DNA of 35,140 nucleotides from a virus. Taxonomy: Duplodnaviria; Caudoviricetes. Within the stretch, counting starts at the first letter, position 1. Each line of letters begins with the position of its first letter. Below are positions 7,601 through 17,451 of the stretch, in pieces. The stretch is from positions 1-35,140 of IMG/VR virus record IMGVR_UViG_3300037459_000090. The stretch is one strand, 5' to 3'. Both the position numbers and the translations under genes were made by a program. Below the pieces are notes generated by a model. That model made no database searches, had not been told where the DNA came from, and saw only the letters and a list, made by a program, of their open reading frames with translations.

Positions 7601-7772
7601 GGTAAAGCGCACCATCGACTGGGACAAAGTAACCGGGTTCGACGATATCAAAGCCATCTTGATAGCCATGGACCTCAACGTCACAGATATTCCTGACGAC
7701 CCAGACACTAAGATTGCTGGGATTCGGTATCTACTCCACCCATTGCCGGAGCAGGCTGATGGAACACATTAG
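7587..7772 (+). CDS. Small hypothetical protein
   Basis: Fills the gap between polymerase and nuclease, overlapping both; AAGGGG upstream. Confidence 0.6.
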   Translation: MSQPEVKRTIDWDKVTGFDDIKAILIAMDLNVTDIPDDPDTKIAGIRYLLHPLPEQADGTH

Positions 7773-8757
7773 TTTCAGCGAAGTCAATTCATATCGGCGT
7801 TGCCCGAAGGCGTGGGAATATCGGTACTCCCAACGAATCAAGCGCAGGTTCAAAGGCGTGCGTCTGCTGAAGGGTGAGATGCTGCACGAGATGCTGAACG
7901 CTTACGTGTTCGCGAAGATGGACCACGACTACGAGGGTCCTGATCCGTGGGACGTGCTCGAAACGTACGCCGAAGAGTTCGCCACCTATTTTGAGCAGGA
8001 GCGTGACATGCACGGAGATGTCATCGGCGACTGCGGCAAGATCTTCGAAGGATACCTGCGTAAATATCGTAAAGATCCGCTGACGTACGAGGCAAGTGAG
8101 ATCAAGATCGAGGTGGATCTGAACATCGACCCGTTCCACATCCCCGCCATATTCATTGGCTTCATCGACAAGATTGCAACTGATCCACAGGGACGTCGGT
8201 GGGTCATGGATCACAAGTTCATCAAGTCCATCCCGACCGCTGATGATCGGTTCAGTGAGCTGCAGCTGCTGCTGTATGTCTGGGCTTACGGCATGGAGAA
8301 TCCGAAAGAAAAGATCGACGGGGTGTGCTGGGATTACGCACGCTCGAAAGCACCGACGGAGCCAGAGGTACTGAAGAAGGGAGGCCTGTCGAAGCGCAAG
8401 AACCTGGACTGCGATCCGTACACTTACCTCAAAGCAATCCGCCGGGAAGGTCTCGACGCCACCGAGTACGTAGACATGCTGGAGCTGCTCGAAGGGAAGG
8501 AAGACACATTCTACGAGCGGGTGTTCCTGCCTACCCCCAGTAGCGACATGATCATTGAGGTGGTCAATGATTTCCTGCAGACTGCGGCAGAAATTCAGGC
8601 GAAGCGAGACGGTGGACGCTGTTCTCGGAGCATGTCATCTTTTAACTGTGCCACCTGTGAGTACCGGCTGATTTGTGAAGCTGAGGTCCGTGGTCTCGAC
8701 GCTGACTTCATTAAAAAGAGCGACTACGTAGAAAGAGGGAGCGCCAATGCCAGCTAA
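7759..8757 (+). CDS. PD-(D/E)XK exonuclease, Cas4/AddB-like with 4Fe-4S cysteines
   Basis: ISFS...CPK at the N-terminus, GEMLH, E...GFID...DHK, QLLLY, and C-terminal CATCEYRLIC (CxxC-x5-C). Start ATG 7759 after GGAG. Confidence 0.85.
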   Translation: MEHISFSEVNSYRRCPKAWEYRYSQRIKRRFKGVRLLKGEMLHEMLNAYVFAKMDHDYEGPDPWDVLETYAEEFATYFEQERDMHGDVIGDCGKIFEGYLRKYRKDPLTYEASEIKIEVDLNIDPFHIPAIFIGFIDKIATDPQGRRWVMDHKFIKSIPTADDRFSELQLLLYVWAYGMENPKEKIDGVCWDYARSKAPTEPEVLKKGGLSKRKNLDCDPYTYLKAIRREGLDATEYVDMLELLEGKEDTFYERVFLPTPSSDMIIEVVNDFLQTAAEIQAKRDGGRCSRSMSSFNCATCEYRLICEAEVRGLDADFIKKSDYVERGSANAS

Positions 8758-9588
8758 GAAAAAAGTTCGAAAACGGAAGCCGGGGAAGAAACTGGATCCG
8801 AAGCCTACCTCTATCCTTGACCGGATCAAGCCGGTAACGGAACTCAAAACCAATCTGGTCATGCTCGTGTACGGTCGCTCCGGCTCAGGCAAGACACACT
8901 TCGGCTCGACATTCCCCAGGCCTATCCTGTTCATCGACACGAACGAGCGCGGCACTGAGACCATCGCGCAGGAAGAAGACATCGATGTCGTGCGTGTTAA
9001 CGAATGGGGTGAATTCGACGAGCTGTACTGGGCATTGCTCAATCAAGAGACCGCAGTTCAGTACGCATCCGTTGTCATCGATCAGGTCACCAATTTGCAA
9101 GATCTTGGGATGGCTGAGGTACTGCGCAAGTCACGCAAGGGACGCGACGAAACTTTCACACAGCGTAACTGGGGGCAGCTCTCCGGCATGCTGAAACAAA
9201 CAATCAGTGATTTCCGCGACCTGTCGGATCACTACCACCTGCTACTCATCGCGCACGAGCGCATCGATGAGCCCGGTGACGAAGAAGATGAACACATCGA
9301 GCCGAACATCGGTGCTCGTGTGATGCCCTCCGTCGGTACTTTCCTCGATGGTGCGGTAGATGCTATCGGTTGCACGTTCATCAAAGAGCGCTGGGAAACA
9401 GAAGACAAAGAAGAAGTGCGCCACGTGGACTACTGTATGCGGATCGGTCCTCACGCATTTTACTCAACCAAGATCCGCAGACCGGTGTCCGCTGGTCCAA
9501 TCCCTGAGCTGATTGTCAATCCAACGTACAAGAAGATTAAGGATCTAACCTCGGGCAAACAGAAACGTAAAATCAGGAGACGAAGTTA

Positions 9589-9589
<1 letters not shown>
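8747..9589 (+). CDS. AAA_24/Sak4-like ATPase (putative single-strand annealing recombinase)
   Basis: YGRSGSGKT Walker A, LFIDTNERG, VVIDQVT Walker B, LIAHE; lies between an exonuclease and an SSB. Confidence 0.8.
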
Positions 9590-10358
<769 letters not shown>

Positions 10359-10359
<1 letters not shown>

Positions 10360-11735
10360 TGATCCGGACGGAACTTCGTCCGTACCAAATCGAAGCCGTC
10401 GCTGCCGCACTCAAGCACGATGGCTTCGCTTTTTTTCCGGAGCAGCGCACAGGGAAGTGCCTGATCTCTCTGGCTGTTGTAGACGAACGCAAGCCAGAGG
10501 TACTGGTCATTGTCTGCCCGAAGAAAGCAGTCACGACGTGGGAACAGCAGATCGAGGAGCATCTCGACCTCGACTGGGACTGCGACATCCACATCGTCAC
10601 GTACCAAGAGCCCGTCAAGAATCTGAAGCTGCGTAAGCAGTGGTACAAGTGGTCGAAGGACTGGGTCGATGACGGTGGCACGCTGATGGTCATCGCTGAC
10701 GAAGCTCACTTCATTAAGAAACCCGGCACAGCGCAGTCCAGGTTCACCCGAACGCTGGGCAAACGTGCACAGTGGAGACTCGCACTGACCGGTACGCCAG
10801 CCGACAAAGGCTTCGAGCAGTACTGGGCGATCTTCGACTTCATCGGTAAGAACGAGATCTTCGGCACCTATGCCCAGTTCAAAGGACGTTACGTTATTTA
10901 CGTGATGCAAGAGAGGAGAGACGGACGTCAGTATCCGGTGCTCACGGGTTATCAACACAAAGAAGAGATGCTCGAGAAAATTCACCAATACAGTTACCGC
11001 ATCACATTCAATGAGGCGCGCGTTGCCATGGGCAAAAAGCCTGTGCGCATTCGCCGAAAGAAAGTGTACTTCGATCTCAAGCGCAGCACTCGCCACATCT
11101 ATAAGGAGTTGGAGAAGGATTTAGAAACCACAATCGACGGGCTCACGGTTGATGTACCGTTACCTGTCACGTTGATCCAGAAACTGCAGCAGGTGTGCGG
11201 TGGTTTTCTCCTGCACCAAGAACGCATCCCAGGCCAGAGGAAACGCAAGCGTACCGTTATTAAGGTTGGCCCAGAGAAGATGACCAAGCTCATGGAACTG
11301 CTGTCTGGCTTAGGTCAAGATAAAGTAGTCATCTGCTGTCGATTCACGCACGAGATCGATGCCATCGCTGAGGAGTTCGACGACTTCAACTGGACCTACA
11401 AAATTATCTCGGGGCAGCACGAGTGGGACCATAAGTTCGATGTGGACTTCGTCATCTTGCAGGTGAAGAGCGGACTGGGCTTTGATCTATCTGAGGCGAA
11501 CACCTACGTGCTGTACAGCTGGGATCATAGTTACATCACGTTCGAGCAGGCCAGATTTCGCATCATGAACATGGACCATACGGAGTGGGTCAACTATTAT
11601 TTCTTAATGGCACGAGACACAATCGAGAGTGAGTACTACACTGCAATTGCACGTAAAAAAGATTTCGCGACGCTGGTGCTCGACAAGCACCGCAAGAAGA
11701 AAGGTAAGAGAAGAACGTGCGCGGTATTCGCATGA
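10359..11735 (+). CDS. SNF2-like superfamily 2 helicase
   Basis: LRPYQ Q-motif, QRTGK, VCPK, IADEAH, LTGTP, KLQQV, GFDL and EQARFRI motifs. Confidence 0.88.
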
Positions 11736-11896
11736 GCCATCGAGAAGAGAAGGTAACGGAACTGCCTCAGGTGTTCCGCTGCGAGCGTTGCAACCGATAC
11801 GTGTCACGCGTCGAAGTAGTCTATCGAAGAATGATGCCGGGTAAGTGCAAGTGCGGCGGAAAATTGAAGCTTATAGAGAAATCGGTGAAAAAGTAG
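11732..11896 (+). CDS. 54-aa zinc-ribbon protein (not in the ORF track)
   Basis: Own translation: MSHREEKVTELPQVFRCERCNRYVSRVEVVYRRMMPGKCKCGGKLKLIEKSVKK; ATGA overlap with the helicase stop. Confidence 0.65.
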   Translation: MSHREEKVTELPQVFRCERCNRYVSRVEVVYRRMMPGKCKCGGKLKLIEKSVKK

Positions 11897-11924
11897 TCAA
11901 ATATTTTGGTAGGAAATTGGTTTT

Positions 11925-12401
11925 ATGAACGAAAGTAATTTATGGGAATGGCTGAGGAATGTTGTTCTCCCTATGGGGAATTACTCCAGAATCGAATCCC
12001 CGGATACTGCGCCTGGGTTTCCCGACGTTCACTTCACTGTCACCAAGGATAGGATACATACCAGTGGGACACTGGAACTCAAAGCCACCGACCGCAACCT
12101 GCGAGTACCTTTCCCAGACCAAGAGAAGGGACTGCACGAATCACAACTGAAATGGATCTCCAAAAGCGTAGCCCACGGTGGCGTCGTCTGGATCATTGCT
12201 GAAACACCGCGCACCATCTACATTGTGCACGGTCAGGATGCTGATTGGTTTAACGGATCTGAGCACAAAGACTTGCTCGACATGGCATGGAACACAGTAA
12301 GCCGAGACGATCCTAAAAAAGCCTTCCATATTTTAGATGATGCGCTCAGAGTGCCAGAAAACTATCGTCTGTGTAAGGAGTACGTCCGTGACAACACGTA
12401 G
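11925..12401 (+). CDS. VRR-NUC/Holliday-junction-resolvase-like PD-(D/E)XK nuclease
   Basis: MNESNL, RIE...PGFPD, LELK, L-x-x-SQ-x-x-W, GGVVWII. Confidence 0.75.
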   Translation: MNESNLWEWLRNVVLPMGNYSRIESPDTAPGFPDVHFTVTKDRIHTSGTLELKATDRNLRVPFPDQEKGLHESQLKWISKSVAHGGVVWIIAETPRTIYIVHGQDADWFNGSEHKDLLDMAWNTVSRDDPKKAFHILDDALRVPENYRLCKEYVRDNT

Positions 12402-12810
12402 CTGCACCTTCCTTAACCCGCACAACACCGTGTGCTGCACCGAGTGCGGCTCCGACCTGTCACTTTGTCAGTGCGTTGCGTGGGATCAAGCTGCCCATGA
12501 TCGACTCACCAGTCCCGACGGTTTAGTCTTCCGCATGATCACCGACGAGCTGGCAGCTGCACGTACAGCATTCCCCGGCACCACGCACATGTTGTGCGCA
12601 CTGGTCGAAGAGGTGGGTGAGGTAGCCAAGGCAATGATGGAACATGATCGCAAGGAAGGTACCAGCACGCAGCAGGTGCTACGTGAAGCTGTGCAGGTAG
12701 CCTCGATGGCGATCAGAGTTGCAGTCGAAGGTGACGACAATTTCTTGTACGAATTTCCTATTGTTGAGGACGAGCTGCCCCGTGGTCCCATCAGTAGGAG
12801 CTATGATTAA
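12388..12810 (+). CDS. MazG-like nucleotide pyrophosphohydrolase with an N-terminal Cys-rich finger
   Basis: LVEEVGEVAKA...REAVQVAS all-alpha NTP-PPase pattern; CCTECGSDL...CQC; GTG start after TAAGGAG. Confidence 0.7.
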   Translation: MTTRSCTFLNPHNTVCCTECGSDLSLCQCVAWDQAAHDRLTSPDGLVFRMITDELAAARTAFPGTTHMLCALVEEVGEVAKAMMEHDRKEGTSTQQVLREAVQVASMAIRVAVEGDDNFLYEFPIVEDELPRGPISRSYD

Positions 12811-12821
12811 GGGAGCGCAGC

Positions 12822-12965
12822 ATGATCCCTTGGTGGTGGTTGTGGCCTACTTTCGTCGTAGGATTTCTTGTAGGAATGTGGTTGTCGAAAGTATTTTATG
12901 AAAACGACATCCTTTACCGGAGATTAAAAGATGACAGAGAAAGAGTCTCAAGATGGGACGACTGA
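12822..12965 (+). CDS. 47-aa single-pass membrane protein (not in the ORF track)
   Basis: Own translation: MIPWWWLWPTFVVGFLVGMWLSKVFYENDILYRRLKDDRERVSRWDD; GGGAG upstream. Confidence 0.6.
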   Translation: MIPWWWLWPTFVVGFLVGMWLSKVFYENDILYRRLKDDRERVSRWDD

Positions 12966-13131
12966 AGAGAAGCCCAAGCTGAACATCCAGGTGGGGGTAG
13001 AAGAGGGGAAGGTAATTGTCCTGTTCTCTCAGCGACTTACCACGTTTACGCTGCCAGCGGATGACGCTGAGAAAATGGGTCTTGCCATGATCCACCATGC
13101 CAAAGAAGCACAGGCGCTAAGTGAGACCTGA
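12931..13131 (+). CDS. Hypothetical protein
   Basis: GGAG upstream; typical small phage ORF within the operon. Confidence 0.65.
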   Translation: MTEKESQDGTTEEKPKLNIQVGVEEGKVIVLFSQRLTTFTLPADDAEKMGLAMIHHAKEAQALSET

Positions 13132-13136
13132 TTCTC

Positions 13137-13164
13137 TTTACACGCAAGCGGATCTGTGTATAAT
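13137..13164 (+). promoter_or_regulatory. Sigma70-type promoter P3 with an operator-like box (13140-13159)
   Basis: TTTACA-16 nt-TATAAT in an intergenic gap; contains ACACG-CAAGCGGATC-TGTGT. Confidence 0.75.
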
Positions 13165-13197
13165 AGGGGCCAGAATCTAGCTCCAAGGAGAGGAATC

Positions 13198-13398
13198 ATG
13201 GCAGCGAAAGCGCTCCGCAGACAGAGGAAGGCCCACAGCGATAGCGTCGGTGCCCAGATGGCAATGATGCGTAAGAAATCCAAGAAAACGTGTGCGAGTC
13301 CTGAGTGCAGTGAGAAGTTTGATGGTCTTGCCATCACTCAATACTGTTCGGACGAGTGTCGTTTCAGAGCAGCTTATCTGCGACGTCCACAACAATAG
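13198..13398 (+). CDS. Small basic zinc-finger protein, possible regulator
   Basis: ATG 13198 after AAGGAGAGG; CASPEC...YCSDECR motif. Confidence 0.7.
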   Translation: MAAKALRRQRKAHSDSVGAQMAMMRKKSKKTCASPECSEKFDGLAITQYCSDECRFRAAYLRRPQQ

Positions 13399-13411
13399 GA
13401 AGGAAGACATA

Positions 13412-13609
13412 GTGATCAAGGTCCTGAAACAACATCGCAAGGCAGAGCTACGGCTCGACAGTCGGAAGCTCAGCGGAGACTTCGAAATAAGTCTGACGAA
13501 TCTGGGGGATCGTGAGGTACTGACCGAGTTCATTACTGAGGTGCGTAAGCAGCTCCGCGAGTTCGATCCCGCCAAGAAAAAGAAGAGAACGAAAAAATAC
13601 GTCCGATGA
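13412..13609 (+). CDS. Basic hypothetical protein
   Basis: GTG 13412 after AGGAAGGA; ATGA-coupled to the next gene. Confidence 0.6.
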   Translation: MIKVLKQHRKAELRLDSRKLSGDFEISLTNLGDREVLTEFITEVRKQLREFDPAKKKKRTKKYVR

Positions 13610-14112
13610 TCGCTGAGTACCATTGGAAGGGACCAATGGTGGACCTCGAAGGAACGCTGAGTGATCACACTGCCCGCTTAGCCATCCTTCTAGCTAACAC
13701 CAAGACTGACGTTCGTCACCGTCCATCATGGAAGGAATACTACAAGGGATTGATCGAAGATAAGCCACGCCAGCACATCCTGGATCTTGTGCGTGAGTGG
13801 ATCGAGAATGAGATCCGTCCTCTTGTTTACAGCACCCGTTTTATAAATAAATACAACCACGAAGAAGAGTGGCTGCGCGCGCACGACTTGTGGGATGGGA
13901 TAGATCTCATTCAACGCCTGCCGACACAGACCACGATCAAAGGTCCCGACTTGGTTGTACAATGGGTGAAGAAGTACCGACCAGAGATCATCATCGATGA
14001 TCGCGACGACGTGCGCGATAAGATCCGGGGGCTAGTGCCGGGGATGAAGGTGTACGGACCCGACGCTTTCCTCAAACCAGAGGGAGACTCACATGGACAT
14101 CCACTGCGTTGA
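13606..14112 (+). CDS. HAD-superfamily phosphatase, similar to the T4 PseT/PNKP phosphatase domain
   Basis: VDLEGTL motif I variant, YSTR motif II, K, IIDDR motif IV. Confidence 0.7.
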   Translation: MIAEYHWKGPMVDLEGTLSDHTARLAILLANTKTDVRHRPSWKEYYKGLIEDKPRQHILDLVREWIENEIRPLVYSTRFINKYNHEEEWLRAHDLWDGIDLIQRLPTQTTIKGPDLVVQWVKKYRPEIIIDDRDDVRDKIRGLVPGMKVYGPDAFLKPEGDSHGHPLR

Positions 14113-14299
14113 CAACTGGCTGTACCACGACTGGGGTATCAACGGTAAGTGCACCCGCTGCGGTGTTACCGCATTCCCCGACCGGGGAAGCCACCTCGCC
14201 TTGACATCGGACGACGACCCGTCCCTCTCTGCAGTGCTCTCGACAGCCCGCCCTGTTGATCCTGCTGACCGACACGGTTCACGCCACCACCGACATTAG
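14093..14299 (+). CDS. Small Cys/His-containing hypothetical protein
   Basis: Strong GAGGGAG RBS; C...HDW...CTRCG; its 3' part overlaps the convergent late gene. Confidence 0.45.
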   Translation: MDIHCVDNWLYHDWGINGKCTRCGVTAFPDRGSHLALTSDDDPSLSAVLSTARPVDPADRHGSRHHRH

Positions 14300-16874
14300 A
14301 AGGCGGACGATTCATCATTCGCCGCTTCTGCAGGGAACCTGCAAGGCTCGGAGGCACTTTGGCTCCGCCAGTAATTCCTCCTCCACCTCCCGATGGATCA
14401 TTGATTCTTGGCATCCATGGTGGAGTACGTCTTCCCGGTCTCATCGGGTTGGTCTCTGGTGATCCTTGCCATGGACCTGTTAGTCCCTGCCTACCAGCAA
14501 GGGATTGCTGCCGTTGTTGTAACTGCTGCGTGTAGTCCTGCATGTACTGCGGCATCCCTTGTGAAGCCTGACCATAGGCTGACACAGATGCTGGGGGTCG
14601 TCCTTGGAACATAAAGTCCCGCGCACCTCCACCACCCGGTTGCAGAGCCTGCTGCCCAGCTTGGTAATCTGCCATCATCCCTGCCGTGCGCCCAGCTAGT
14701 TGCTGTGGAACAGCCCGTTGCGCTGCGAAATCCGCTTGCGCCCCTGCCATCCCGGCCTGTTGCTGCTGCCTTCCTCGCCACGCCTGTTGTTGCTGTGGAG
14801 ACCAGCGGCCTCCACCCCCTGGTTGCAGCGCTGCTTGCCCCCGTTGGTAATCCGCTTGCATCCCTGCCATCCCGGCGCGTTGCTGCAGAGCCTGCTGCTG
14901 TCGCTGTGCGTCTGCCATCATCCCCGCTCGTTGCTGTGGAAGAGCCCTTTGCTGCTGCATCTGCTGCCGCCCACGCCAAGATGCCTGCTGTTGTGGTGAC
15001 CATCGAGTTGGCCCACCAGCTTGGTACCCCTCGGGCTCCACGTATCCGGTAGGTTCTACCCACGGAGGTATCCCTCCAACCGGCGGAGCTACTCGCGCAA
15101 GTCCACCACCTTGGTAACCACGTACGCGACCACCACCTCTGTACTTTCTCATGTAACCCCCTCGGGCTTCGCCTATTGCCTCAAGTTCTCTTTCGGTTCT
15201 GGTCTTGCCAGCTTCAGCTGCACCGAAACCGAATAAGCTAGAAAAGAAACCGGGCTCCTCTTCTGGTTCCGGAGGCGGAGGCGGAGGTGGAGGAGCAATA
15301 TGATACTTCCGCTCCCACATCCTATATCGGCTCGGTGAGTTAGCCAAGGTGTAAGGGTTAGCCCCTTCCTGATGACCGGGCACTGGTGCGCCCCCTCCGG
15401 TCGGTGGTTTCGGGACACTGCCCCCTTCTTGGTAATTCATATAACCTCCTTTCGCTCCCGCAATACCACTCGTGTAAATCACGCCTTGGTTTGCGTTGCG
15501 ACCTTCGTAACGAGCCTTTAGAACCTCATCCGTTATGTCGGGAGCCGTGATTCGTTGTTGAGCTGCGAACTCCTCATAAGATCGATCATCGTACCCCGGC
15601 TGTGATGGGTCTCCTTCGTAGCCATACCCACCACCACTCAGCTGTCCACCACGACCTGGACCTCCCGGTGCATAGAATCCGGGAGTACCACCGGGGTAAG
15701 CCATGCCGGGTTCTGGTTTGTCACCATATACCGGTGGTCGGGGAGCCATTTTAGTTGGAGCCATAGGACTGGGCTTTAATACATCTGCAACACGAGCTTT
15801 GTGTGCACGTAGCCGATCTCGATACGGACTCTGTCTCTCTTGGGTTGTCTGCTTGGCGTTCCACGCTTCTACCTGTGTCGGGGTCCATTGCGTCTTACCT
15901 TCCCCAAGGAGCTGCTTAACCGCTCCGAAGACCGCCCCAGTGATACTGCCACTACCTCCTGCAACTCCCGGTGGGCTAGTTGTGCTTCCCGGTTGAGGCG
16001 CTGCGCCGGGGATGTCTCTTACCGGAGCCGGTGTTATTGTTCCACCTCCACCACCTCCACCACCTCGGCGACCACGACCAGCGCGGCGGCGACCACCACG
16101 ACCTCCCATTGCTAAGCGCAATTCGTCCATGGCTACACGTCCTCCTGTCGCGTTCCCCGTACCTAATGTAGCTGCGATACGAGCTTTGTGTTCACGTAAC
16201 TGATCCCGATAGGGACTCTGTCTCTCGCTGGTTGTTTGCTGGGCGTTCCATGTGGCTATTTGTTCTGGAGTCCATTGACTACCTGTGCTCTCACCGGAAC
16301 CAGAGAAATCAGTTATAGGTTCAAGAGTCCCTGCACCTGGGATGTCTCTTACGGGAGCTGGTTCTGGTTCGGGAGGATTGTCAATCTGACCCTGCACCCA
16401 ATCAGTGTAATTACCGTAACCACCCCAACTCCATCCTCCGTAGTAAGGAGCAGGATCGGTGGTGGGAGCAGGAGCGGTGGTAGTAGCTGGCGCTAAGATA
16501 GTCTGTTCCACCGGGCCGGTTGGGACTCCCGGTGGGTATATCGTGCTGGTGTCTGCATCCCAGGTCCATCCCTCACTTACGTACCAACCCTGCGCTAGAA
16601 TATCCTTGAAGTCTCCCATATCTAGGACGCGTGGTTCTAAAACTTCACCACCCTCTTGGAAGTTGAGAGTTTGCGGCACGCCGGAGTTAATCTCGTTCAT
16701 GGCAGCGAGACCACCGGTCCAGTACCTGTTCTCTGCAAACCCACCGGAGTATTTCCGGTCAGCGTTTACGAACTCACGTGCCACGGCTCTCGATGGACCT
16801 CCACCTCCCGGCTTATTCCAACCGTGCGCGACGGCTCGCATTAGGTTCGCTTGTGCAGGGCTCTTTGATGGCAC
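14166..16874 (-). CDS. ~900-aa Gly/Pro/Gln-rich repetitive protein, putative internal virion protein
   Basis: Likely GTG start at 16874 (MPSKSPAQANLMRAVAH...) after GGAG and directly after the terS stop; internal duplications; last gene of the late operon. Function is inferred. Confidence 0.7.
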   Translation of the reverse strand: MPSKSPAQANLMRAVAHGWNKPGGGGPSRAVAREFVNADRKYSGGFAENRYWTGGLAAMNEINSGVPQTLNFQEGGEVLEPRVLDMGDFKDILAQGWYVSEGWTWDADTSTIYPPGVPTGPVEQTILAPATTTAPAPTTDPAPYYGGWSWGGYGNYTDWVQGQIDNPPEPEPAPVRDIPGAGTLEPITDFSGSGESTGSQWTPEQIATWNAQQTTSERQSPYRDQLREHKARIAATLGTGNATGGRVAMDELRLAMGGRGGRRRAGRGRRGGGGGGGGTITPAPVRDIPGAAPQPGSTTSPPGVAGGSGSITGAVFGAVKQLLGEGKTQWTPTQVEAWNAKQTTQERQSPYRDRLRAHKARVADVLKPSPMAPTKMAPRPPVYGDKPEPGMAYPGGTPGFYAPGGPGRGGQLSGGGYGYEGDPSQPGYDDRSYEEFAAQQRITAPDITDEVLKARYEGRNANQGVIYTSGIAGAKGGYMNYQEGGSVPKPPTGGGAPVPGHQEGANPYTLANSPSRYRMWERKYHIAPPPPPPPPEPEEEPGFFSSLFGFGAAEAGKTRTERELEAIGEARGGYMRKYRGGGRVRGYQGGGLARVAPPVGGIPPWVEPTGYVEPEGYQAGGPTRWSPQQQASWRGRQQMQQQRALPQQRAGMMADAQRQQQALQQRAGMAGMQADYQRGQAALQPGGGGRWSPQQQQAWRGRQQQQAGMAGAQADFAAQRAVPQQLAGRTAGMMADYQAGQQALQPGGGGARDFMFQGRPPASVSAYGQASQGMPQYMQDYTQQLQQRQQSLAGRQGLTGPWQGSPETNPMRPGRRTPPWMPRINDPSGGGGGITGGAKVPPSLAGSLQKRRMMNRPPSNVGGGVNRVGQQDQQGGLSRALQRGTGRRPMSRRGGFPGRGMR
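14630..15012 (-). repeat. Imperfect Gln-rich peptide repeats
   Basis: RWSPQQQ-x-x-WRGRQQ twice; AGM...AD four times; ALQPGGGG twice. Confidence 0.8.
15781..16362 (-). repeat. Internal duplication of a PAPVRDIPGA...QWTP...ERQSPYRD-x-LR-x-HKAR module
   Basis: Copies at about 16170-16362 and 15781-16032; many of the nucleotide differences are synonymous. Confidence 0.85.
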
Positions 16875-16875
16875 G

Positions 16876-17451
16876 CTATTTCTCCACCTCGCCAGTGCGA
16901 CCATCGATGGTCACATTATCTGGTTTGGGTTTGATCAGTGCGAGGATGCTCGACATGACTTCGAGCTTCGTCTCATCCCGAATTCCTATGGGTGAGTCTT
17001 TGTTACCACTCACTTCAGTTGAGTGACGATCAGCCCAATGTTCTCGCTGCCGGTTCGTCAGCCACAACTTGATCGCTTGCACGTCTGGTTTGTAATGCTT
17101 GATGGTGTCGGCACGGATTACTTCTCCGTCCCACTGAAAAATCTTTTCTTCATCGTGTGTGTAGCCGGTTGCAACCTGATACAAAGCACCCAGCACAGCA
17201 GCATCAGCGTCGGTGTAACCAGCTTCGAGCGCCTTCTTGAATGCAGGGTACTGTTTTTTCCACAGCCCCAGCTGTCGAGGACTGATGTCGAACAGCTCTG
17301 ACATCTGTTCTTCCTCAATACCCTGCATTGCAATCGCACGCACCTGATCAAGGTGATCGGGCAAAAACATACGGGAACCTTCTGCAAGCAGATGACCCGC
17401 TCGATTGCGAGCGAATCTCTTTGAAGGAGGTCTGGTACGTACGGCAGGCAT
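16876..17451 (-). CDS. terS: Terminase small subunit
   Basis: N-terminal HTH (...ELFDISPRQLGLWKKQYPAF), ALYQVATGY, and HYKPDVQAIKLWLTNR...W signature recalled from phage TerS proteins. Confidence 0.75.
   Translation of the reverse strand: MPAVRTRPPSKRFARNRAGHLLAEGSRMFLPDHLDQVRAIAMQGIEEEQMSELFDISPRQLGLWKKQYPAFKKALEAGYTDADAAVLGALYQVATGYTHDEEKIFQWDGEVIRADTIKHYKPDVQAIKLWLTNRQREHWADRHSTEVSGNKDSPIGIRDETKLEVMSSILALIKPKPDNVTIDGRTGEVEK

Noticed and set aside
7759-8757. CRISPR-Cas locus, because of the Cas4-like gene
   Set aside because: No repeat-spacer array or other cas genes seen; the context is a phage recombination module.
15781-16362. Diversity-generating retroelement TR/VR pair (also considered for the fibre duplication at 31932-34256)
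   Set aside because: The differences are not adenine-specific and are often synonymous, both copies are coding, and no reverse transcriptase is present in the window.
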